Shown in pieces: positions 17,713 through 25,703 of a DNA stretch of 39,151 bases. Source of the DNA: Chloroflexota bacterium (GTDB lineage: Bacteria > Chloroflexota > Anaerolineae > Anaerolineales > UBA4823); NCBI GenBank assembly GCA_017860725.1, contig JAGDMX010000011.1, positions 1-39,151 of the forward strand, read 5' to 3'. A program made the translations under genes and the position numbers. How positions within the stretch are numbered: the stretch's first letter is position 1; each line of letters opens with the position of its first letter. The notes below the pieces were generated by a model. It was not told the DNA's origin and made no database searches. It saw nothing but the letters and a program-made list of their open reading frames with translations.

Positions 17713-18495
17713 TCAACGCTTCTGGGAAGCGGATCGGCATACCGGTCGACAGGTGGTAATCTCCAGCTCATCGCGCAGCAGGGCAGGCTGCTTGTACTGA
17801 ATATGGTTGCGGCGCAGGAAAATCGCAAATCCAGCTTCCTGCATGCGTTCCCACGACCAATCCACTTGAGCTAAATGTTGCGCCCCGCATTCACCGACGT
17901 ACTCAAGATACACAGCGTTATTGACATGCTGTAAACTGTCAATATCTTTCCATTCAACCTGGCGACGCCAGCAATAAGCCCCCATCGGGGGAGGCGGCGC
18001 CACAGGGTACGCCTGGCGCTCCGGAAATGACTCGGGTAATCCACCTGGGAAAAAGGCGTCTGCCATCTCTGCTGGGATGCTGACTGGCCGCCAGGTACTG
18101 GCATTCAAATAAATCCAGTCGGTATGCGCCCTGGCAACCACCGTACCATTACCTGAAATGGTGAACTCATACATTCGGCGTGAGCTGGCGCGCCGGAAGT
18201 CTGCCACCCAGGTTTTGACGTCCAGAATATGGTTGTACTCGACTGGTCGGATATACTCGATCTCTGTGGCAAAAGCCAGCCAGATGCGGTTCATCTCGTT
18301 GTAGCGACCTTCGTCATAACCGGCATCGGCGCTGGCATCGGTGGCTGCCTCTTGCATAAAACGCAGGTAGTTGGCATTGTTTAGATGCCCGTTGGCGTCA
18401 CATTCATAGTGGCGGATACGGAAACTGCGGCTAAATATTCTGGGCATAGACTTCAGGATTGACGCAAAACGGAAGCCGTTCGCCGCGCAGGCCAC
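17713..18495 (-). CDS. Double hotdog-fold thioesterase (acyl-CoA/acyl-ACP thioesterase-like)
   Basis: Two 4HBT-like repeats are present: RIRHYECDANGHLNNANYLRFMQEA and RRQVEWKDIDSLQHVNNAVYLEYVGE. The start is probably ATG 18447 (MPRIFSRS), which overlaps the upstream gene by 17 nt. Confidence 0.7.
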   Translation of the reverse strand: MACAANGFRFASILKSMPRIFSRSFRIRHYECDANGHLNNANYLRFMQEAATDASADAGYDEGRYNEMNRIWLAFATEIEYIRPVEYNHILDVKTWVADFRRASSRRMYEFTISGNGTVVARAHTDWIYLNASTWRPVSIPAEMADAFFPGGLPESFPERQAYPVAPPPPMGAYCWRRQVEWKDIDSLQHVNNAVYLEYVGECGAQHLAQVDWSWERMQEAGFAIFLRRNHIQYKQPALLRDELEITTCRPVCRSASQKR

Positions 18496-19420
18496 TCAGC
18501 AGATTCAGGCAGGCGCGCTCCGCCATCGCCCGGCGGGTATCCCGGGTTGCCGAGCCAATGTGCGGCACGACCAGGCAGTTGGGCAGGCTGTAGAGCGGAT
18601 GGTTGGGTGGCAAGGGCTCGGGGTCGGTGACATCCAGCGCGGCGGCGGCGATCCAACCTTTCTGCAAAGCCTGTACCAGTGCTTCGGTGTGTACTACTGG
18701 GCCGCGTGAAGTATTGACCAGAATGGCGGTTGGCTTCATGTGCCGCAGTTGGGGCTCGCCAATCAAGTGATGGGTTAGGGATGTGAGTGGGGTATGCAAG
18801 CTGACAAAATCGCTGAGTTCAAGCAGCTCATCTAGCGGCAGGTGGGTTGCCTGGAGGTGGGCCTCTAGCTCGGGCTGTGGTTGGGGGTCAGAGTAAAGGA
18901 TGTGCATCCCAAATGCTCGGGCACGCTCAGCCATAGCTTTACCAATCTTGCCCATCCCAATAATTCCAAGATTAGCCCCATTCAGATCCGCCCCCAGCCA
19001 ACCAGTTGGCGACCAGGTGATCCAGCGCCCGGCACGCGCATCGGCATTGGCTTCCAGCAGCCGCCGGGCGGCTGCCAGCAGGATCGCCATCGTCAGGTCA
19101 GCAGTGCCCTCTGTGAGCACACCGGGGGTGTTGCCAACCGGTACGCCGCGCCGGGTGCAGGCAGCCAGGTCGATGTTATCGACCCCAACTGCCATGTTGC
19201 TTACCACGCGCAGGCGTGGGGCGCGATCCAGCAGAGCCTGATTCACCGGGATGGTGAGCAGTGTAAATAATCCATCCGCATCAGCCAGGTGCGCTTCCAG
19301 TTCGGGAGCCAGCCGGGTGGCGTCGGCAGGGCCGACCAACATACGACAATGTCCATCTAATGCCGCCAGCCATCTTTCCGGTAAGGTATGTGTGATCAAG
19401 ACGAGAGGCATTCGGTTCAT
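18431..19420 (-). CDS. D-isomer-specific 2-hydroxyacid dehydrogenase (glyoxylate/hydroxypyruvate reductase-like)
   Basis: 329-aa ORF. It has the NAD-binding GIIGMGKIGKAMAERA and the catalytic-region motifs LVNTSRGPVV and PHIGSAT. Its ATG overlaps the TGA of the out-of-frame glycerate kinase 3' fragment (ATGA). Confidence 0.9.
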   Translation of the reverse strand: MNRMPLVLITHTLPERWLAALDGHCRMLVGPADATRLAPELEAHLADADGLFTLLTIPVNQALLDRAPRLRVVSNMAVGVDNIDLAACTRRGVPVGNTPGVLTEGTADLTMAILLAAARRLLEANADARAGRWITWSPTGWLGADLNGANLGIIGMGKIGKAMAERARAFGMHILYSDPQPQPELEAHLQATHLPLDELLELSDFVSLHTPLTSLTHHLIGEPQLRHMKPTAILVNTSRGPVVHTEALVQALQKGWIAAAALDVTDPEPLPPNHPLYSLPNCLVVPHIGSATRDTRRAMAERACLNLLSGLRGERLPFCVNPEVYAQNI

Positions 19421-20680
19421 AGGCTAAATATAAACGTGAGGTCATTAACATTCGTCATGGTAGGTCCAGTTTTAAGCAGGTCGTCCAGGGGGTCAAACAA
19501 GTGATAAGCATCGTTATTTTTCAAATAGACGGTCGCATTCAAGCCCAGAGCCTGGGCTCGTTCAAGGGTAGCGCCTGTAACAACGGCACCGGCTGCATCG
19601 CCCGCCCAAGCCGTCCCCCGTCACGGTGACGGTGGTCTCACCACCGGCAATTACACAGCCTGGACGTGGGACAGGACGCCCGCTCTCTGCCATCTCCCTA
19701 CCTACACTGGCCAGCACTCGCCCCACCTGGCGGGCTTCACCTTGCATACTGGTTGTGAGTAACAAGGTATTAAAACCCTCAAGCCGCGCTTGTTCGAGAG
19801 CAGCCTGGGCTGCCAGCCGATTGCTGCCGATAACTAAGATTTGGGTACGCTCAAATAGCAGATTGTCAGACTTTGGCGTTTCCTCAATCTGACCTTCCAA
19901 GCCTTTCTGCAGATGGGTAAGAATGGCTTGCGGGGCTTGATCGATAAGATCGCAACGCTCCAGGATTTCCCATGCTTGCTGGAAAGAAGTGGGATCGGGC
20001 ACCGTAGGTCCAGATGCGATCATATCTAGCGGATCACCGATGACATCCGACAGGACCAGAGTGATCAACCGGGCCGGAGCTATTCGCCGGGCCAGGTTGC
20101 CGCCTTTGAGTGTTTCCAGGTGTTTACGCAGTGTGTTGATCTCCTGGATGTTGGCGCCGCTTCTCAGCAATGCCCCGGTTAGTTCCTGCACAGCTCCCAG
20201 CGCGACACCCGTCGCAGGTGAAACCAGCAATGCCGAACCACCTCCTGAGAGCAAGCAGATGACCAGATCGTCGGACTGGCTGTCCTGCAGCATCTGATTC
20301 AATTGCCGGGCAGCCAGTACACCTCGTTCGTCTGGGAGGGGATGGCCGGCTTCCAACAATTGGATCTTTCTACATCCCGGCTCTCGATAGCCCTCTTTGA
20401 CAATAACCAATCCATCTTCGAGCCGGTCGGCCAGAATACTCTCGATAGCTGCTGCCATGGGAGCCCCGGCTTTACCGGCACCAACCACTCGCACTCGTCG
20501 AAAACTGGTTAGATCATAGGTTTGATCGGCTAGCGTCAGTCGATCCCCCACACGTTTTAGATGGCGTCTGACCGCAGCACCGGGTTCTACAGACTCAACC
20601 GCAGCTGACAGGATACGCGCAACCGCTTCCCCTTGAGGAAATGCTTGCAGTGATTTAGTTTGGAAGCGACTCGGTTTCAT
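19417..20680 (-). pseudogene. Glycerate kinase (DUF4147 + MOFRL family), disrupted by an internal deletion and frameshift near 19600
   Basis: The 372-aa ORF (19562..20680) is family-like up to GGETTVTVTGDGLGG, then reads CSRCRCYRRYP*. The conserved C-terminus DAAGAVVTGATLERAQALGLNATVYLKNNDAYHLFDPLDDLLKTGPTMTNVNDLTFIFSL* is encoded in another frame at 19599..19417. The expected GRNQE...GTDGxDG segment (about 30 aa) is missing. Confidence 0.6.
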
Positions 20681-21626
20681 CGGAGGAGGATGGGTCTGTT
20701 TGGAGTGAGGTCATTTCCACTGCCTGGCTGGCTTTCGTGAGCCGGTACTGGTAACCTACTGCGGAGCTGAGGTGCGCGCCGAATAATACGATCCAGGCAT
20801 TGATGTAAAAAAAGACAATTAATCCCAGGGTCGTGCTTACCGATCCATAGATGGCTTCGTAGTTTGTCAGCCCGCTGTTTAAAAACCACATATAAACACG
20901 TGATGCCAGGAATGTTGCCGAAGTAGCAAATATAGCCCCCCAGATAGCTTCCGACCAACGTACCTTGGTTTTGGGTACCCAGCGATATAAACCGACAAAC
21001 CCCACAAAGAAAAGACCAATTGAAATACCGTTGATCGTAAAGTTAGTCAGCCAGCCTTTAATCTGGGTGAAGTCGTCAAGTATAGGCAGATCGATGCGTG
21101 CAATCAGGCTGATCAGGGTGGTCGCAATGACCCAGAAGAATTGAGCCAATACAATCAAACCTACCATCAGTACCGCCATCAGACGCCCTTGAAATACGGT
21201 TACCCGACCGGCATCCGGCCAGGCGCGGCTGACATTGCGCGCCAGCGACGTAAAGGCACCGGTGGCAGACCAGATTAATCCCACCAGACCAATGATTCCA
21301 CTGATGCTGCTGGTCGATACGATCTGCTCAAGAGTAGCTTCTAGTTGGTCTGTGGGAATTTTGAATAGGTCACCAATAAAGCCTACGATCTGTTCAATGG
21401 CTGCTGAGCTGGCCAACCAGATGCTGGCAATTGCCGTTAGAAGCAATAACAACGGAAAGAGCGAAAACAGGGCAAAATAAGCGAGAGCACCGGCTGCCTC
21501 TGGGGCAAAAGCCAATCCGAATGTGTCTGCCGCGCGCACGAGGACACTCGGCACTCCCAACAAGTGTTGGTCAAGCCAGCGGAAAGCTGCCTCACCTTTG
21601 CCCTGAATTTTCTTTAGATCCATCAA
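20655..21626 (-). CDS. YihY/BrkB family inner-membrane protein
   Basis: 323-aa ORF. AAGALAYFALFSLFPLLLLL and about 6 TM segments are typical of YihY (the former 'ribonuclease BN-like' family). Confidence 0.8.
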   Translation of the reverse strand: MMDLKKIQGKGEAAFRWLDQHLLGVPSVLVRAADTFGLAFAPEAAGALAYFALFSLFPLLLLLTAIASIWLASSAAIEQIVGFIGDLFKIPTDQLEATLEQIVSTSSISGIIGLVGLIWSATGAFTSLARNVSRAWPDAGRVTVFQGRLMAVLMVGLIVLAQFFWVIATTLISLIARIDLPILDDFTQIKGWLTNFTINGISIGLFFVGFVGLYRWVPKTKVRWSEAIWGAIFATSATFLASRVYMWFLNSGLTNYEAIYGSVSTTLGLIVFFYINAWIVLFGAHLSSAVGYQYRLTKASQAVEMTSLQTDPSSSDETESLPN

Positions 21627-21627
21627 G

Positions 21628-22296
21628 TCAAGCCGCTTGGGTCACTTCCGGATAATCGTTACCTGGGCTGTTGACCAGCCGGGAGACCGGATAGGCCGTC
21701 AATTCCTCGGAGGGGTACGGTATTAGCAACGATTGGAGTGCCTGGATGTCGGCTTCCTGTTGCTCCAGCCAGCTAGGATAAGCAGTTTGGGGCAGGATAA
21801 CCGGCATGCGGTTATGGATTGGCCGCATAAAATCATTAGGCTCGGTCGTGATAATCGTGCAGGAAAGGATTTGGGAGCCATCGGCAGCATGCCAGTTTTC
21901 CCACAACCCGGCAAATACAAAAGGTTTGCCGGATTTCAGGCGGATATACATGGGCGTTTTGACTTTTTGGCCCGGCTCTACACGCCATTCGAAAAAACCG
22001 TCTGCCAGGATCAAGCAGCGCCGGTGGCGAAAGGCCGCCTTGAAAGCCGGTTTTTCGCTTAGCGTTTCAGCCCGGGCGTTGATCATGCGGTTGCCAATGC
22101 TGGGATCCTTCGCCCACGAAGGGATCAAACCCCAGACGAAGAAATCCAGCTGATTCTTGCCGTCATTTGGAACCACAGCAATAGGTTGAGTGGGTGCAAT
22201 ATTGTAGCGTGGGCCAACATCTTCTGCCACGCTCAGCCAGGGAAATTCCTGCCGGAGCTGTTCTGGGCTGGTGGTTAAAGTAAATCGTCCGCACAT
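21628..22296 (-). CDS. SOS response-associated peptidase (SRAP/YedK family, abasic-site DNA-protein crosslink)
   Basis: 222-aa ORF. The N-terminal MCGRF carries the Cys2 nucleophile. NARAETL and FFEW motifs are present. GAGGAG RBS. Confidence 0.9.
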   Translation of the reverse strand: MCGRFTLTTSPEQLRQEFPWLSVAEDVGPRYNIAPTQPIAVVPNDGKNQLDFFVWGLIPSWAKDPSIGNRMINARAETLSEKPAFKAAFRHRRCLILADGFFEWRVEPGQKVKTPMYIRLKSGKPFVFAGLWENWHAADGSQILSCTIITTEPNDFMRPIHNRMPVILPQTAYPSWLEQQEADIQALQSLLIPYPSEELTAYPVSRLVNSPGNDYPEVTQAA

Positions 22297-22393
22297 TGTG
22301 TGGCTCTCCTCAGTGCTGGCGGTGTTTGGGAGGTATCTAGTACATCTGTAATCCGCCGGCTTATTCAGATTTTATCATTATCTCTGTTGGAAT

Positions 22394-23815
22394 TTATGGC
22401 ACAATCCCGCTTCTTGCCAGATCCTCGCCCAGGATGATCTCAATATCCACGGGTGAGGCAGGGTCAAATCGGCTGTACACCTTGTTGGGATTGATCTTCA
22501 GGGTTTCTAGCAGATATTTTAGCAGATAAGGATTCCCACTGTGATCGATTACTGTGGTAGCAAAGGTGCGGTCGGCGGTCTCGGAAACACTCGCCACGTT
22601 AACCCCCTGGCTGCGCAGCAGGTTAGCGCTGCGGTCCGCCAAATCGGGTGTGGAGCTGCCATTGAAGATTGCCAGGCTGGCCGACTCGGCTTGCATCTGT
22701 GCTAGAGCATCGCCGGCTGTGGCAGGACCCAGGCTGCTTCCGGTGTTGAAGATCTGGTCGACCAGCAGTTGGATTTTATCGGGAAGTGGAATCAGGATGC
22801 TCAGGTTATCCGGAGAAAAGCCAAACAACACGTAGTCGTCGTTGATTACTCCCCGCTGGATATTGCCCTCCTCTACCTGCTGGGCGAGAAGCGCCAGCCG
22901 GATGGCGTCATTCAAGCTCAAATTGGTGCGAATCCCTGACGAAAGCTCACTGTAAATCTCGGGTGCTTTTGCAATCAGTTTTGGTAACATCTCTGCGTTG
23001 AAGACACGTTCACGAATACCCATCAACACCTGCTGCTGCCGCAGAGCGCGATCAAAATCGCCACCTTCGGTATAGCGAGCCCGGGCATAAGCCAGCGCCC
23101 AGGGTCCAGAGAGGATGTGCTCGCCAGGTCGTAGCTTTTTAATCGTCTTCGCTCCATCTCCCAGTTTGTCGATTGTGATCTTGCTCGGCACAACGACGCG
23201 GACGCCCCCTATCTCGTCTATAAAATCCTCAAAGGCTTGAAAATCGATTTGAGCGTAGTAGTTGATCGGCACACCCAGGAACTCTTCCACAGTTTTGATC
23301 GCTAATCCTGGCCCGCCTCCAGGAAGCTTGTAAGCGTCACCCAGGTAATAAGCCGTATTAATTTTGCTGTGTTCGAACCCTGGAATTGAGACCCACATAT
23401 CGCGTGGGATGGATAACACGCCGGCTGTCTTGGTCAGCGGGTCCAGGGTAAGCAATATCATCGTATCGCTACGTGAGTACTTTTCTTCTGAATTCCAGTC
23501 ACGGAAATCCAGCCCAACCAGCAAGATCGTCACCCTGCCGGCGCCATCCCAAGGCGTTGCCGCAGGGATGGCTTGCTCTACCTCGCTTATCGTAGGGGTG
23601 ATCACCTCACCAGGTAATATCTCGGTAACGACCGGTGTTTCGGTGGCTGCCTTGGGAAAAAAGTCAGGCAATCCCCCCTGGCTGGTGGATGCTGCCGCAT
23701 GTCCCAGGACATATGCTGCTGCTCCAGCCAGGATGATCATCCCTGCGAGCAGGACAATCATACCTGCGCGGAACCATTTGGTGCGAAATACCGATTTGCT
23801 TTTACTCATGGCCAT
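22394..23815 (-). CDS. LCP (LytR-CpsA-Psr) family cell-envelope phosphotransferase with LytR_C domain
   Basis: 473-aa ORF with an N-terminal TM anchor. The LCP core reads ILLVGLDFRD...RSDTMILLTLDP...SIPRD. A C-terminal LytR_C-like domain is present (IFNGSSTPDLA...). Confidence 0.85.
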   Translation of the reverse strand: MAMSKSKSVFRTKWFRAGMIVLLAGMIILAGAAAYVLGHAAASTSQGGLPDFFPKAATETPVVTEILPGEVITPTISEVEQAIPAATPWDGAGRVTILLVGLDFRDWNSEEKYSRSDTMILLTLDPLTKTAGVLSIPRDMWVSIPGFEHSKINTAYYLGDAYKLPGGGPGLAIKTVEEFLGVPINYYAQIDFQAFEDFIDEIGGVRVVVPSKITIDKLGDGAKTIKKLRPGEHILSGPWALAYARARYTEGGDFDRALRQQQVLMGIRERVFNAEMLPKLIAKAPEIYSELSSGIRTNLSLNDAIRLALLAQQVEEGNIQRGVINDDYVLFGFSPDNLSILIPLPDKIQLLVDQIFNTGSSLGPATAGDALAQMQAESASLAIFNGSSTPDLADRSANLLRSQGVNVASVSETADRTFATTVIDHSGNPYLLKYLLETLKINPNKVYSRFDPASPVDIEIILGEDLARSGIVP

Positions 23816-23839
23816 TATTTTGCACTGAGTGTGCCTGCC

Positions 23840-25108
23840 TCACGGAGCCGGTGGCGGTGGCGCCTCTGGTGGGGTTGGGGTTTCCGTTGGCGGAGGCGTC
23901 GTTTCGGTCGGCGTGGGTGTATCAACCGGTATCGTTGCAGTGGGAGTCGGAGTCTCACTCGGCACGATGACACTGGTATCTGTCGGTGAAGGCGATACAG
24001 TAAGTGTATAAGGCAGGGTGACTGTTGGAGTCAGTGAGAATGTGGCTGTGGGAGGTGTACATTGCTCCTGCGCCGCGCTGAACAACTGCAATAGGGCTTC
24101 ATCTCCCCGAATATTGATAGCCAGCTCGTACTGTGCTTGTGCTTCACACCAGTCACCCTGGTTTGCAAGCTGATCGCCATACTGAATTAATGCCCCACGA
24201 TAACGCTCCAGAGCCGTCCAGCCGGAAGAATCATGCAGCCCTGGCGCAGCCGCGGCGATCTGACCGAAATAATAGACGGCCTGCTGCGGGTAGGCTTCCC
24301 AAAAGCTTGTGCCGATCATGTAAATACGCGCCCACGTCCGGGCAGTGTTGGCCTCTACATCGAGCGGTCCAAAACGCTCAGCCAGGCTTAAATCATATAC
24401 CCCGCCTTGCAGATTGCCTTCTTGAAGAATTTTCTCGATACCCCGGCTGCGGAATGCCAGGTATAGCATCCCGTCCACCTGAGGGGCTTCATAGTTTAAG
24501 TTCTCCTTGCGCAAAGCCGTCAGGGTATCCAACACATTGCTCCACTGGCTGTTTGCCAGCAAAGTGGCAGCTTTAGCAAATAGATCCTGGATGGGGCGTG
24601 GATCGTGGGTGGGTGAAGGGGTGATGGTTGGAGGTGGAGTTGTGGGCGTCGGGGTGGCGGTGGCGTAAATAATGGCGATCACTTGCGCCAGCTTGGAGGC
24701 GGCATCGGGATACCCGGGGTTTTCGGAGAGAACGTACTCGAAGCGCTGGCGTGCAATCTCAAAGCGCCCCTGGGATAAATCTTGCAGGGCGAGCTGGTAC
24801 TGTGCCTGCACGGCTTGCTGTGCCTGGGCAGTGGCAGCAGCCTGGTTTTCAGTTTTCCCGCTGAGGTAGCCGGCAGTCCCGCCAAGGACAATGACAACTA
24901 TCAATAAAAGAGCAACCAAAAGCGCCCACAACCAAATAGGTATAGATTTATTACGCTTGTAGTTGTCACCAGCAGCTTGTTGCGGCTCCCTGGTTGCCCT
25001 AGAAATGGGTGCCGTCGTTCTGCGTTTCACACGGATCGGCTGTGTATCCCCTGCAATCGAATCTGATTTCGGTTTCAGGGGTTGAGTATCGTCAAGATTG
25101 TCTTGCAT
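23840..25108 (-). CDS. Single-pass membrane protein with TPR-like helical repeats and Pro/Thr-rich segments (hypothetical)
   Basis: 422-aa ORF with a TM helix (IPIWLWALLVALLLIVVIVLGG). It has two PT-rich linkers and a C-terminal tail PTPTATIPVDTPTPTETTPPPTETPTPPEAPPPPAP. I recognise no enzymatic motif. Confidence 0.5.
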   Translation of the reverse strand: MQDNLDDTQPLKPKSDSIAGDTQPIRVKRRTTAPISRATREPQQAAGDNYKRNKSIPIWLWALLVALLLIVVIVLGGTAGYLSGKTENQAAATAQAQQAVQAQYQLALQDLSQGRFEIARQRFEYVLSENPGYPDAASKLAQVIAIIYATATPTPTTPPPTITPSPTHDPRPIQDLFAKAATLLANSQWSNVLDTLTALRKENLNYEAPQVDGMLYLAFRSRGIEKILQEGNLQGGVYDLSLAERFGPLDVEANTARTWARIYMIGTSFWEAYPQQAVYYFGQIAAAAPGLHDSSGWTALERYRGALIQYGDQLANQGDWCEAQAQYELAINIRGDEALLQLFSAAQEQCTPPTATFSLTPTVTLPYTLTVSPSPTDTSVIVPSETPTPTATIPVDTPTPTETTPPPTETPTPPEAPPPPAP

Positions 25109-25204
25109 AAAGTTAAGGACGTCAGGCTAACAATTTTGTTCCGGCCAGTTCGATAAGGATTCTAGCGAGCCTATCGCTTCAGTAGCGCAAGTACGTGAGA
25201 TCAT

Positions 25205-25238
25205 AAAAGGGAGCGCTCACACCGCAGCGCTCCCTTTT
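25205..25238 (-). terminator. Rho-independent terminator after osmC (symmetrical, bidirectional shape)
   Basis: AAAAGGGAGCGCT-cacaccgc-AGCGCTCCCTTTT forms a 13-bp stem with A/T runs on both sides. It lies 18 nt downstream of the osmC stop. Confidence 0.7.
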
Positions 25239-25255
25239 ATCATTACTTTCGACCC

Positions 25256-25678
25256 TTACCGGATCAGGTGCGCTTGCAGGGTGATTTCCACGGCTGCCAG
25301 TGCGGCTGAGACAGGGCAACCTGTCTTGGTGGCTTCCGCAATTTCCTGGAATTGCTCGGCGCTGATCTCTGGCACTTCTGCTTCGGTTTCCAGGTCGATG
25401 CGGGTGATGCGCGCTTTTCCGTCTACTCGGCCCAAATGAACCGTAGCCCGGGTAGATACGCGCTGGGGGGAAAAGCCGGCTTTTCCTAATCCGGAGCTGA
25501 GGGCCATTGAGAAACAACCGGCATGGGCCGCTCCCAGGAGCTCTTCAGGGTTGGTTCCTTCACCCTCTTCAAATCGAGAAGCGTATGAAAATGCACCATC
25601 AAAGGAACCAAACTGCATCCGGCCTTTACCGTCGCTGAGAGTGCCTTCCCAAATCGCTTGTGCGTGACGAACTGCCAT
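25256..25678 (-). CDS. osmC: OsmC family peroxiredoxin
   Basis: 140-aa ORF. It has an OsmC-type N-terminus (AQAIWEGTLSDGKG) and the two conserved Cys contexts HAGCFSMAL and KTGCPVS. It begins 25 nt after the rpoC stop, with a GGAGAT RBS. Confidence 0.85.
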   Translation of the reverse strand: MAVRHAQAIWEGTLSDGKGRMQFGSFDGAFSYASRFEEGEGTNPEELLGAAHAGCFSMALSSGLGKAGFSPQRVSTRATVHLGRVDGKARITRIDLETEAEVPEISAEQFQEIAEATKTGCPVSAALAAVEITLQAHLIR

Positions 25679-25703
25679 ATCTTATCTATCTCCAATAAGT
25701 GAG

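Noticed and set aside
23829-24011. A periodic GGTGG/GGNGTN-rich stretch that looks like a short tandem repeat array, with a plus-strand Gly/Val-rich ORF.
   Set aside because: It is the reverse complement of the Pro/Thr-rich C-terminal tail of the 23840..25108 CDS. There is no spacer/repeat organisation, so it is not a CRISPR or VNTR locus.
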